Assembly (NCBI RefSeq): GCF_018350175.1
Contig: NC_058368.1
Span: 52,702,001 to 52,766,000, forward strand
DNA length: 64,000 bases
Source of the DNA: Felis catus
Taxonomy: Eukaryota
Reading direction: 5' to 3'
Every line of letters begins with the position of its first letter. The first letter of the stretch is position 1. Under the pieces are notes generated by a model. It made no database searches. It saw only the letters and a list, made by a program, of their open reading frames with translations, and had not been told where the DNA came from. A program made the position numbers and the translations under genes. Below are positions 1 through 11,609 of the stretch, piece after piece.

Positions 1-129
1 CAAATGAGGTAACCGAAGTGTGAAGCAATTAAGTGGCACAGTCAGGATTAACTATGTGTTTTAACTGTGTGTAGTTGTTTTATAAGACAGAAAATAGAAG
101 AGAGAAATTACTTCAGTTTTCTGCCTGAT

Positions 130-287
130 ACTAGTTTGTTTACATATTTATTGTCTATCTCTTCCATTAGAAAGGGAGCTGCATGAGAGCAAGAACTTCC
201 GTCGTCTCATTCATGCCTAAATCCCTGATGCCTAGAAGGCAGCCTAATACACAGTAGGTACTCAAAAAAATGTGTTAGATTAAGTAA
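130..287 (+). mobile_element. L2 LINE 3' end remnant
   Basis: ...ttgtctatctcttccattagaaagggagctgcatgagagcaag...cagtaggtactcaaaaaaatgtgttagattaa resembles the L2 3' terminus. Confidence 0.7.
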
Positions 288-757
288 CTGCTATTAAGAC
301 AGTATTTAACATTAATTAGGTAGGGAACTTGCCAGAGGGAATAATGACTTGATATTCTTCAACCAGCAAAAATTTTAAAATAGAAACCAAAATAACACCG
401 AAATGCTCAGGCTTTCACTTGATTTACAAAGAAATGTTACTGTGGGACTCAAAACACTGTACAGCATTTTCAATATTTTCCTGTTCTAATCATAAAAATA
501 CCATTTGAGAGTCCTGCACTAGAGACCAGAAGATCAAGAGAAAGCAGAGGAAGTAGAGAGATAAGGAAGAGACAGAACCACCACAAAACACTTTCTGCAG
601 AGGAAACGCTTGTGCTGTCCTGTATCTGCCTCAGAAAGACACTATGAGTATTCGTTCATTTGAAAGGGGTCTCCGCCCTCAGAGAAATCACAGCTGTACG
701 GCAGTTCAAGATAGGCAGGTGATCATTTTCAGTCTCACTGTGAAGAACTCTCTGGTT

Positions 758-965
758 GGGGTGCCTGGGTGGCTCAGCTGGTTAAGTGTCAGACTCTTGG
801 TTTTGGCTCAGGCCATGATCTCACGATTCTTGAGTTCAAGCCCCACATCGGGCTTTGCGCTGACAGCATGAAGCCTACTTGGGATTCTCTCTTTCCTTTT
901 CTCTCTGCCCCTCCCCAGCTCACACACACTCTCTCTCTCAAAATAAAAAAATAAACCTAAAAAAA
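758..965 (+). mobile_element. Can-SINE (SINEC_Fc family)
   Basis: GGGGTGCCTGGGTGGCTCAG head, CT-rich body, A-rich tail. Confidence 0.95.
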
Positions 966-1025
966 GGAAGGAAGGAAGGAAGGAAGGAAGGAAGGAAGGA
1001 AGGAAGGAAGGAAGGAAGGAAGGAA
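966..1025. repeat. (GGAA)15 microsatellite arising from a SINE tail
   Basis: Direct reading. Confidence 0.97.
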
Positions 1026-1804
1026 GGACGGACGACTCATTCACTCTTTGGTCTTTGTCTGGCTTTCCAAACGTTTAGATGCTCCCTGGATTATGAACAC
1101 TAACATACGAAAACTAAATAAAAGAAGATAATTCAGCATGCATTTAGACTTCCTTTTAGAGAAACCAATTCTAATTCATTCAGTTCAAATGACTGGACAG
1201 GACTGATCTGAATGAATGAATGAGACCATGAAGGACAGCTTCTCGAACTCTTCTTCTAAAGTGAGCCTACCTACAGAGCAAGGAGTGAATGTTTATCTAG
1301 GACGTATTCTTGGTCAGAGTCTCAAGAGGCAGACAAGTTGGAACTTCCTTTGCAGGTTCTGTTTTTTCCTAAAAAGTCAAGTGATGCGTCCGAGTCCAGA
1401 CCATTATATATTTTTGGGTGTTTTAATTTCATCTTTAAGTCATGAAATGTTTTAAGAAGAAAAAATTTCTCAAACTACATACCAAAAAGATATTGCTTTA
1501 TCTAGCCTGTAGCTTCCTGCAACACACACACACATACACACACACCACATCCCTGCAATACTCCTAGAAGTACATATACCCCTAAATTAAGAAACTCAGC
1601 TAATGAAAGAAAACTTATCTTCTTGGGCTTTTAAAGCAGCGATTTAATGTCTTTTTTTTTTTTGTTTTTAAGTCATGAACTCATCTAAAATGGATGAAAG
1701 CCAATGGTCAAAACATAAAACTGTGCACATTTAAGGAGATTCAAGATGGTCTCCTACTCACTACAGGCTTCCCTCATTAGAAGCTCATTTAAAGGCCATC
1801 AGTA

Positions 1805-2039
1805 TTTTTTTTTTTTATTGTAGAGATAGAACATGAGCAGGGGAGAGGGGTACAGGGAGGGAGGGGGACAGAGAGAGAGAGAGAGAAGGGGGGGTGGGGA
1901 GAGAGGGAAAGAGAATTTTAAGCAGACGCCACACTCAGTGCGCAGCCTGATGCGGGGCTCCATCCCACAATCCTGGGATCATAACCAAAGCCCAAATCAA
2001 GAGTCAAATGCTCAACCGACTGCGCCACCCAGGCACCCC
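1805..2039 (-). mobile_element. Can-SINE
   Basis: Poly-T, (GA)n, ends in ...ccacccaggcacccc; TSD core atcagtatttt at 1798-1808 and 2049-2059. Confidence 0.95.
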
Positions 2040-2099
2040 ATAAAAGCAATCAGTATTTTCTCTGTAACTGCTCCCACAACTAAGGTTAAATACCTCCCC

Positions 2100-3450
2100 A
2101 ATCTAAAAAAAGGTTTTGGACATCACAATGGTTGGTGCTATCATTAACTAAGGTGAGAAAAGTGGAGGAAGAGGAGTCTTATAGGTGGTGGAAATCAAGA
2201 ACTCTGTTTTGGCTATATTAAATGTGATGCCAGGGTGACTTTTAAATGGACAAGGCAGAGTCTGAGAATCACTGGCATAAAAAATTAAAGCTACAGGACT
2301 GGAGGAGATCCCTTCCATGGGCAGAGTAGCTGGAGACAAGGCATTCCAGGAAGCAGAGGAAGGAAAAAAAAAGGAGCAACAGCAAAGAGAACTAGTCTTA
2401 AAGAAGCCAAGAAAAGTTTTTCAAGAGGAAGACAGTAGCCAAGCATGTCAAATAAGAAGAAAATGAGCTTGATATGGACAGAGAAATGACTATGGGATTT
2501 AATTACATGGAAGTCATTGTGATGTGTTACTGACAAGCACTGTTTCAGTGAATGATAGGGGTGGAAACTTGATTGAAGTCTGAGAGACAGAGAAGGTAAA
2601 GTGCTGACAGAATATAGACAATTCTTTCCTGTTTTGCTGTAAAGGAGTGAGCATAAAAATAAGACCATGATAAGAAATGCCAATGGGAATGTTATGGTAA
2701 GGAGGGAATATTAATGATGAAGGAAGAAAAGCAGGGATCAGAGCCATAGGCAGCAAAGTCCCTAAGAAGTCAAGAGGTAATGAAATTCAAAGCACAAAGG
2801 AGAGGTTTGGCTTTTATGGGATTGAGGATCTGTCTTTCATTGTAACAAAAGGGAAGGCTGAGGGTGTGAGAACAAATGCAAAGGTTGGAAGATCTGCTGA
2901 TGGAAATGAGAGAACTCATATCTAACTGTTCCAAATGCCTATATTTCATCATTAAATACGAGGTGAAGTTACCAATTGAGAGGGAGAAGTTGGGTAGGGA
3001 TATCAACTTGAGAAAATAGGATAAAAGCAGTTATTTTGAAAAGTGAAAAAGTAAACTTACTAGTAATTTTGGCAGGATTGCCAAACATTGTTGAGTTCCT
3101 ATTTGAGATCTGTGGTTTTGACTATAAACTAAGACCAACTGAACATAGATGCGTATTTTTCTTACCAATTTTTACCTGTTCAGTTTCAGGCAGGAAGCAA
3201 ATGAGTAGTACAGTTTACTCAGAGTTGGATTTTTGCCAAGGAGAAAGAGAGAGACAAGGGAATGATGACCATAAATGTCCACGGCTAACAAGGGACATGA
3301 GTGTATGAATGGTAATGATGACGGTGAAAAAGCGATGTTCATAGAGCCAATGAACTGGTCTTGATAAGGCTGAAGTAATGCTGGAGAGGAGTCACAATGA
3401 AAAGAGGATCAGAGGGTAAGTTGCTTCTAATCAAAATACCGGAGGTGGTA
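2100..3450 (-). mobile_element. Degraded L2 LINE including ORF2 remnants
   Basis: Minus-strand peptides ITFNIAKTEFLI and KAKPLLCALNFITS resemble L2 ORF2 motifs (LNMSKTELLI; KANPSTCALDPIPS); many stops. Confidence 0.7.
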
Positions 3451-3589
3451 GAGCTGCTTTCTCTAATGTTTTTTCCTGGGCCATCTTATCTGGCATAGTT
3501 CTATTTCCTCTCTTAATCTCATGTATCACATGATGTTAAACATCTTTCCTATGACAACTCCTGAGAACCCTCTGTAACTGGACCTCAGT

Positions 3590-3712
3590 AAGTGGCAGAG
3601 CTTAGGCTTTGAGAGATAAACCTGGGGCCAACTCCAGCTCTGCCATTTGAGCTGTTTGATCTTGGGCAAGCCCTTTAGTGACAATGAGCTTCTGCCTCTC
3701 AAAACAGTGGTT
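3590..3712 (+). mobile_element. MIR remnant
   Basis: ggctttgagagataaacctgggg...ccagctctgccatttgagctgtttgatcttgggcaag resembles the MIR core. Confidence 0.7.
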
Positions 3713-4065
3713 TAACTCAGTATACTTTTCATTCAGGCATCAAGATTTAGAAATGTAAAGATGTAAATACAGAGAATACCACAAAACAATCCTAAAAAAA
3801 AAAGAGACAGAAAGAAAAAAGAAAAGAAAAGATAATAACATTACTATCTCCGTATGCTTAGGAGCTAACACCATGGAAGGATCTTGTAGCTGCCTCAACC
3901 ACTACATGTTCAAAACCGAACTTGGCCTCCTCCACACATTTGCTCCTCCTGCTGCATTCCTCATCTAAGTTCATGGCAGTACTGCCTCATTACTTGGGCT
4001 AAAGCACTCAGAGCTATCTCTGACTCACTTATCCTCACCATCCAATCTTTCACCAAATTCTGGTA

Positions 4066-4474
4066 TCCTGTATCAAGTCTAAGAAGCCAGAGACTTTAAG
4101 ATGCACCAATATTTTATGTGCCACTAAGGAAACAGAATGGAAAATGCTGCCAAATACAACTGTAATATGCCATCACTTGTAAGATACAGCCAGGTTTCAA
4201 AAAGTTATGATGTGAAGGGGCGCCTGGGTGGCTCAGTTGGTTAAGTGTCCGACTTCAGCTCAGGTCACAATCTCATGGTTTGTGGGTTCGAGCCCCGCGT
4301 CAAGTTGTGTGCTGACAGCTCAGAGCCTGGAGCCTGCTTTGGATTCTGTGTCTCCCTCTCTCTCTCTGCCCTCCCCGCTCGCACTCTGTCTCTCTCTCCC
4401 TCAAAATAAACATTAAAAAATTTTTTTTTCAGTTATAATGTGAAAAAAGTCCATCCCAGAATGTCAAAATATGG
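4066..4474. mobile_element. MER104-like Tc2 DNA transposon relic, split by a SINE
   Basis: taagatgcaccaatattttatgtgccactaagg...aaaatgctgccaaat...tgccatcacttgtaagat...aaaatatgg matches the MER104 consensus as recalled. Confidence 0.6.
4217..4430 (+). mobile_element. Can-SINE (SINEC_Fc)
   Basis: Full head-to-tail copy; TSD agttat(g/a)atgtgaa on both sides. Confidence 0.96.
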
Positions 4475-6048
4475 CAAATCTACCTCCAAATGTTTTTTGT
4501 TTTGTTTTATTTTTACCTATCATGTATCCCTTCTTTTCCATCTTCACCTCAATGAGTTCAGGTTCTCATTCCTTTACCCTTGGATCTACTGCAATGACCT
4601 ACCTCCTCACAAGCTTCCTGGCTTCCAAATATTCAGTTCTGTCCACCTTTCATACTGATGCCAGAGCTACCTTTATAAAATAAGGATCAGTAGCTTTCAC
4701 TGCTCTCCTGCAAAACAGCAATGATTTTTCCCTGTTCACAGTTTTAAGTATAGCATTCAAAGAACAACATAATCTGGTTCTTAAGTAGCCATTTCGTCTG
4801 CTATTTCGATACTGATCTTCTATTTCAATACTTGATATAACCTGCACTTCAAGCACACAGATCTACTTGATGTTCACCAAATTAATCGGCACATTGGAGG
4901 CTCCCTGTTTATTGTGCTCTCATTTCTTAGCTTGATATATCCTGCTGGCCTCCAGCTTCCCCAATGAAAATAGACTCCCTTCCAGCTTTTAAGATGAAGA
5001 TCAACTGCTACCTCTTCTGCAAGGCCTTCATTAATCCTTTTTAGAATTAACCGGGTCTTTGTCTGATTTTCCTAAGGGTACTCCTTATGCATTGATTTAA
5101 TGTTCACTTCTATCTGCATTGTGCTTTACTTAGAAAATTGTTTACATTCTGTTCTCCCTGTTAGATTTCAGGCTCCTTGGGGGCAGGAGAGGGGCATGCT
5201 CATCTTTGTATCCACCTATAGCACTGGCTATAATGCCTGGCACACTCTAAGATTAATACAAGTGGATTTTGATGTATTAAAATGAAAGGCTGAGATAACG
5301 TTCCTTTAAGTGTCTCAAGAAGCAAAAGGTCAATGGCCACTGCCAAACTGTGAAACAGCAAAAGTTTAACCTTTCCATTTAATACACCAAATTATATAGA
5401 AGAACAACCACAGGCAGACGACTTGACTCTGTCTGCTAAGAGCCACTAGCAATGCCACCCACAGGAGAATTATTTTCACTGTTTGATACCTGGTATTGTC
5501 ACTCTCATTGGGTTGGAGTTTTGAAACGTTGACTAATTCACTTCTTTGGACCAAGTACTTATCAGATGATTATTTCTAAACAATGGTTTAAATTTACTTT
5601 AGGAGAATAGAAACCTATAAATAAGAAAGAACTACTAAAACAAATTACTTGTTATTTATTTGACTGTAACCTATAAGAGCAAAATACAAAGCATCTAGCC
5701 CTCCCACAATTCCTGTCCACCCATCTTCCTCTATCAAGATCCTGGTATATACAGTATCAAAATATGCATATAATTTTCTTCAATAAAATCTTTCTGAGAT
5801 AAAGAAATAGTCATAATTTGCCTATATTATTAAGCTTTCCATCCAGTTTACTCTCAAATGAGATCTGTGGCAGTAAAACAGTATTCTTATGAAATAAAAA
5901 TGCAAGACAACAATGGCAAGTGACATGTACAATTCCAAACTCATCTAGAGTAAGGATGTTGAAATGATAGTCTAGGATAATGCACCCTGAGGGTGGTGAG
6001 GAGGAGGAGGAATGGAAGAGAAAGCAAGGTATGAAAAGTGGGCTCTTC

Positions 6049-6269
6049 GGGGCACCTGGGTGGCTCAGTCGGTTGAGCATCTGACTTCAGCTCAGGTCAT
6101 GATCTTACTGCTTGTGAGCTCAAGCCCCACGTCAGGCTCTGTGCCAACAGTTCAGAGCATGGAGCCTGCTTCAGATTTTGTGTCTCTGTCTCTCTGCTTC
6201 TCCCCTACTTGCACTCTGTCTCTCTCTCTAAAATAAATAAACATTAAAAAAATTAAAAAAAAAAAAAAA
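6049..6269 (+). mobile_element. Can-SINE (SINEC_Fc)
   Basis: Perfect 15-bp TSD gaaaagtgggctctt at 6033-6047 and 6270-6284. Confidence 0.97.
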
Positions 6270-6533
6270 GAAAAGTGGGCTCTTATCACTGAAAGGGGCC
6301 TGAGAGGGCAATCCTAGATGCAGAAAAGATTAACCCTAAATCTGTAATTCTACTACACAGTTTTCATTTCTTTTATTTGAAGATGTTTCAATTTTAAGAG
6401 ACCACTCTACCACCAAAGCTCCTTTCTTAAAAAATAGATGTACCTGAGAGAAGTCATGTCAAAATGGGTTATTCATTAATATCCATATCATCCTGGACTC
6501 ACTTACTAGGAATTATTATACACTGGTTTAGGA

Positions 6534-6966
6534 CAAGGTTTCCCAAATTCAGCACTACTGACATTCTGGACTGAAGAACTTTTTTTTTTTTTTAAGTTTA
6601 TTTATTTTGAGAGTGTGCATGCAAGTGAGGGAGGGGCAGAGAGAGAGGGAGAGAGGGCCAAGTAGGCACCACACTGTCAGCCGGACCAGGGGCTCAAACC
6701 CACAAACCAAACCATGAGATCATGACCCAAGCCAAAACCAAGAGTCTGACGCTCAACCAACTGAGCTACCCAGGGGCCCCTGGACTGAAGAACTTTTTGA
6801 TATAGGGATCTGTCCTGTATATTGTAGGATGTTTAGCTAGTAACATCCCTGGGCTCTACCCAGTAGACGCAAGTAGCACACCCCTGGAGACAATCAGAGG
6901 CATTTCTAGGCACTGCCAAATGTCCCTGCAGGATGAAATCCACTCCCAACCCTTTCAGAACCACTG
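6534..6966 (-). mobile_element. MER20 (hAT-Charlie) interrupted by a SINE
   Basis: caaggtttcccaa...gcactactgacatt...ctgtcctgtatattgtaggatgtttagc...tgccaaatgtccc...agaaccactg is the reverse complement of the MER20 consensus. Confidence 0.85.
6580..6780 (-). mobile_element. Can-SINE inserted in MER20
   Basis: TSD tggactgaagaacttttt at 6567-6584 and 6781-6798. Confidence 0.96.
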
Positions 6967-7745
6967 GTGTAAACTATTCACATATCTCCCTAACAACCTA
7001 ATGGGGTTGGTAGTATCAAATTCATTATCAGCTGTGGAAACTGAGACTCAAGGAAAAAATAACACAGGTTATAAGTGGCAGAAACAGTATTTAACCATCA
7101 TTCAATGTGATCCAACTACAAAGTGAGTGCTCTTTCAACTAAGAAATAGTTTTTTCTTCCTTAGTACAGAGTTAGTGAACAATAATCTGGGAGTAAGAAA
7201 TAAAGAGCACATGCCTGAAAGAAGCAAGAAATTTGGAACAAGACTTTGGGGTCAATAGGGGCTGTAGAAAAAGGCCACTGAGAGAAGTGATGGGAAGGAA
7301 AAGCAACTTAACTGGCCTGGCAATTACACTTAAAGTCAGTTCCTGTGCCTTTTATCATCTTTGCTAGAGACTCGAGTTCATTTTTCTTCAAATAATATTC
7401 TTTCTTGCACCTATGTCAAAATTTTATGGGTTTCACTAGGGAAGACCTAGAAAGACTGAAAAAGAAGGCTGAGGTATAAAAATGATGGGTAATAATAACT
7501 CCTCTGCCTCAATTTGGGGATTTTGGAAACTTTTCAAAATGAAATTTCTGGATTGTTCTTGCTATGTTTCAAGAAATCTTTGGCTCTGGGCCAAAACTTA
7601 GGTCCTAGAACTTTAAAACTATGTGATCCTGAGAACTAAGTTGCTTAATACCTATTGGTTTAGGTCTCCATTTCTTTCTAGGTAAAAGAAAAAATAATAT
7701 ATCTTGCCTCCCCCACCTTCATCACTACCTAGAATGCTTTCAAGA

Positions 7746-7870
7746 CTCAGAGCCTGGAGCCTGCTTCCGACTCTGTGTCTCCCTCTCTCTCTGCCCCTCC
7801 CCCGTTCATGCTCTGTCTCTCTCTGTCCCAAAAATAAATAAACGTTGAAAAAAAAAATTAAAAAAAAAAA
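7746..7870 (+). mobile_element. Headless (5'-truncated) young Can-SINE
   Basis: Starts mid-element at ctcagagcctggagcc; has the young-type tail ctgtcccaaaaataaataaacgttg; no TSD visible. Confidence 0.9.
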
Positions 7871-9899
7871 GAAAAAAAGAAAAGGCATAGGCTCATTATT
7901 AAAAAAAAAAAAAAGAATCATATTTCTTTAGTAAATATGTCAGCTCTTACATACCGATCTTAAAATTATTAGGATACATCAATACTTTTTTTTTAGTAAT
8001 TTTTAAATTATGCCCTAAGTACATAAAAACATAATACTGTATTTTTTGAAAGTGTCTGCATTCTTCAAACTTAATTTGGAAAGGAAAAAAATGTAGTCCA
8101 TATGGCTTTTGTCAAAGTAAATTACTTGTGACAATTATGTACAATCCACTCTTGGGAACTGAAGAGTCAATCAGGAATCAAACGTGGGCTCAATGTACTG
8201 AGGTCAATAACATGCTGGCCAATCAACAGCCCCTGATGAACACTGATTAATTAATTTAGTTGCATAAGGCTTCTTACCTAGCCTTACCTTGTCAACATTT
8301 TTAATCAACAATATGGGTGGAAAGCAAGGCCTCCCTCAAAGAAGGGATTCTTCCTGTAGTATTCCTAGTTTGAAACAGTCCACCCTACTTTGGACACTGC
8401 AAGAGACAGATACCCCATATCCTAAGGAAGGTGATTTCATTTTGGATTATTTCAGCCACAGGACTTGTCCTTACATAAGTACAAATCTTAATACTGTAGA
8501 GCTACACAAAGCTTGATTCCCTTCCAAACGAAAAATAGTCTGTATTTAAAGATTTGCTATTATGTCCATTCATTCCAACACAATTCCATTCCACATATTC
8601 GAACCTCAATTTCAACTCCTTTCTAAATTTCAAAATACTCTAGTTTTTTTATATTGAAGTCTCAAACTGGACTTATACTCAAGTGACGAATAACTGAATA
8701 TGATATACTAACGTTGAAGAGCACCAGAAGTCTAGTTGTCACTTCACTTCAAAACCTCCTTCACCTTTCATTAAACTAACTATAGTCTACATTGGGAGAC
8801 ATGTTACTCACGGAAAAATGCAGACTTAGTGAAAAACATGCAACAATAATTTGATTTTGCAGTTGGAATCCTAATTGATGAGAAAAATGACTGGAATTAT
8901 CTAGAGATAAACTGGTCTGTAGCAATCTGGTACCAGGACCTAAATGTCACTTAACTGATATCCTGAACCTGTATTTCTGCTTGTTGGCCCACTAGTTCTA
9001 GGCAAAAGGAAAAAATTAAGGAGGAATAGGCAAGAAAATATATTACATATAACTCATCCCACAGGATGTGTATCTAACTTCTTCAAACACATAGAGCTCT
9101 TGAGATATTGGCAAGGTTGCTAAACATTATTAAGCAGAAAGAATCCACCTTTAAGGCTGAGGCAGAGAAAGGCAGAAAATGCAAAATGTCTAAACTGTCC
9201 AATTTTAAGTACATTTGTATCCAAAAGACAAAGTATTGACAGTGTGCATACTTAGGCTATCTCCACTACTCTTACGTCTCTATTCTTCCCCATCCCTGTC
9301 AGCATCTATATTATCTATTCAGATTTAAGGTCTCTCCCACCCCCAACTCTTCCTTTAAGGTAATATGCACTTTTTTTTCTTTCCTTTTCTTTTTTTTTTT
9401 AACAGTGACCTCTCAGGGATAATGGCTCCTAATTCTGTTGAACAATCAAAAGAAAAGAATCTTGCTAATGGTGAGATTTTTGGACAAATAATGAGGGCAG
9501 CAAAAGAATGGTTATCTGAGAGAGGGCTAGTCAAAAAGGACCTTAAGGCAGATGTCAGAGGTGGCCAGAGGTGTGTGTCAGGGAGGTGGACGCGGCACTG
9601 GAAACATGGCACTACCCCAGGTCATGCTATCTCCAGTACTCCACAATTACCATTATGTGGGGAGGGTTAAGTGGCCCAAACAGATCAGATTTCCTTTAAC
9701 TGTACAAAAGGCAGCAGTTATACGGAACCAGTTAAAACCTGGATGTACCGTGGCAATTTCTAGAACAAACAGGTCCCACTCCATTGGGAAAGCAAATCTT
9801 CATAGAATGAGTGCACTTCCTCAGGAAGCAACTGGGAAGAACAGTTACTACAAAGGCTGGTTTCCTCATTTGAGGGCCTGTGTCAGTGCCCACACTAAA

Positions 9900-10140
9900 G
9901 TTTAATATTTATTGAATATTATTATGCCCCAGACCTTATGCTAAACACTACAATTGAATTAGTCATTTAATTGTGCCCAGAATGCAAGAAAGAGTGTTGC
10001 TTCTATTACCATTCCCATCTCACAGATAAGGAAACTGTTCTGAGACAGGTTAAGTAACTTGTGTAAGGTCACAGAACTAGTAAATGGAAGAAGCTAAACC
10101 TCATAGTCTGAACACAGAACTCAGGCCTTCAATACATTTA
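9900..10140 (-). mobile_element. MIR
   Basis: cccatctcacagataaggaaactg...aggttaagtaacttgtgtaaggtcacagaactagtaaatgg. Confidence 0.85.
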
Positions 10141-11609
10141 TGCTTCCACAGTACACAGAAGAAGATGCCTGTTTACAAACCATTAATCTTTGATTAGATT
10201 TCATTTTAGAACACAGCTAAGCAATACAGGAAAAAAAAAGAGAAAGGGATGGAGGGGAGGAGGCACACTACAAGATCATCTGCTATCACAGATGAGCTCA
10301 CGTGAGTTTTTAGGAAGTAATTTACTGAAGAGACAAATGATAACAGAGGTTCAAGCCAGAGACTCTAAGCCTTAGCTTTCTTATGTCAAAAAAATGGGGC
10401 CACCAGCCCTATCTATTTCACAGCACTGGTGAAATGAGTAAATGAAGTAATTAAATGCATACAAGAGCATTCTGTAAACTGCAAATCACTGTATTCTACT
10501 AGGTATCCTTTTTTGTTAAACACAAAAAGCACAGGTATGGAAAATCAACCAGGCAGAACACACTGTCAACACAACTGCAAAAGAGCCTATTAACTAACGG
10601 AAACTAGACGTAATGTGTACAACTAAGACCAAAGGAAAATTAGTTCCCAAGATATTTTTATCAGCTTTTAATGCTACTGTTGAGAGTAAATGCACTCAGA
10701 ACTTAACCCGTACTTGTGGCAACTTCATGTCAGAAACCAAATGTAGACTAGCAAATATAAACATCATCTCCCCCTCCTCCCAGCTCTGTATGTAGGCAGT
10801 GGCAGCAAATACCAGCTCAAATACCACCCTCTACGCCACCATCCTTGATCTCTCCAGTCAGAATTGATCAAGCCATCCCCTGTATGCTCTCACAGCACAT
10901 TTGCTATTTCCTTGGCATTTCACTCTGACTGATACCAAGAGTTATCAGTTGCTTCCAAGCCTGACTTCCTACTACTGCTTGAACTCTTAAATTCACACAG
11001 AACCCCAAACACCTAAGGCAGATGATCATACTGGCTGGCACTCCAATGTTTGCTCTTTGAAGTTTCTAGGTCTCAGTTCCATGCAGGAGGCTGTAGTTTC
11101 AGTCTGCACTCGAGGGTAAACAGACACATCACAAATGTAAAAACAATTCGGGGTGGGAAAAAAGTCTGACTGCTCATCCATAGGATCTTCTTTCTTGATC
11201 TATGCGTTAAAGAAACGCTCTTTTAAAAACCAAATGGGAGGCACAAACGGAAATGAAAGAAGAGACGAATGCATCAGACTCTTCAAAATTCCGTTTCTAA
11301 TTCAGAACTACTTTATCTAGCTTCACAAACACGTTAGACACCTCTTGCAACACAAAGAGCGGGGATTCCATCTCATCGCTGAATGGTTCCAAAAGACCAT
11401 GCCTCTCATTCTAAATACCACTCAGGGGTGGGTACTATTTACCTTTCAAATTTTGAACCCAGAGCAAAGGACATTCTAAAGGCAGGGTTAAGCAAAGGAA
11501 AGGATGTTGGAAATGGAAAAGACTCTCCAATTAGCACAGCGGGCAGGCCCAAGGACAAGAACATTCCACTTGTGCAGGGGACGAAGGAATCTTGGGCAAG
11601 ACTCCCAGG

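Larger units (their letters stand above)
3850..5260 (+). mobile_element. L2 remnant interrupted by MER104 and a SINE
   Basis: ctcaaccactacatgttcaaaaccgaactt...; 3' end ...ggcaggagagg...aatgcctggcacac. Confidence 0.65.

Noticed and set aside
4217..4300. tRNA-like A/B-box sequences
   Set aside because: They are tRNA-derived SINE heads followed by a (CT)n body and poly-A, not tRNA genes
4228..4416. Recurrent MAQLVK/MAQSVK...SAQV ORF family (also at 769, 14530, 23620, 38833, 47077, 48854, 53896, 54273, 59945)
   Set aside because: These are translations of Can-SINE sequence, not a gene family
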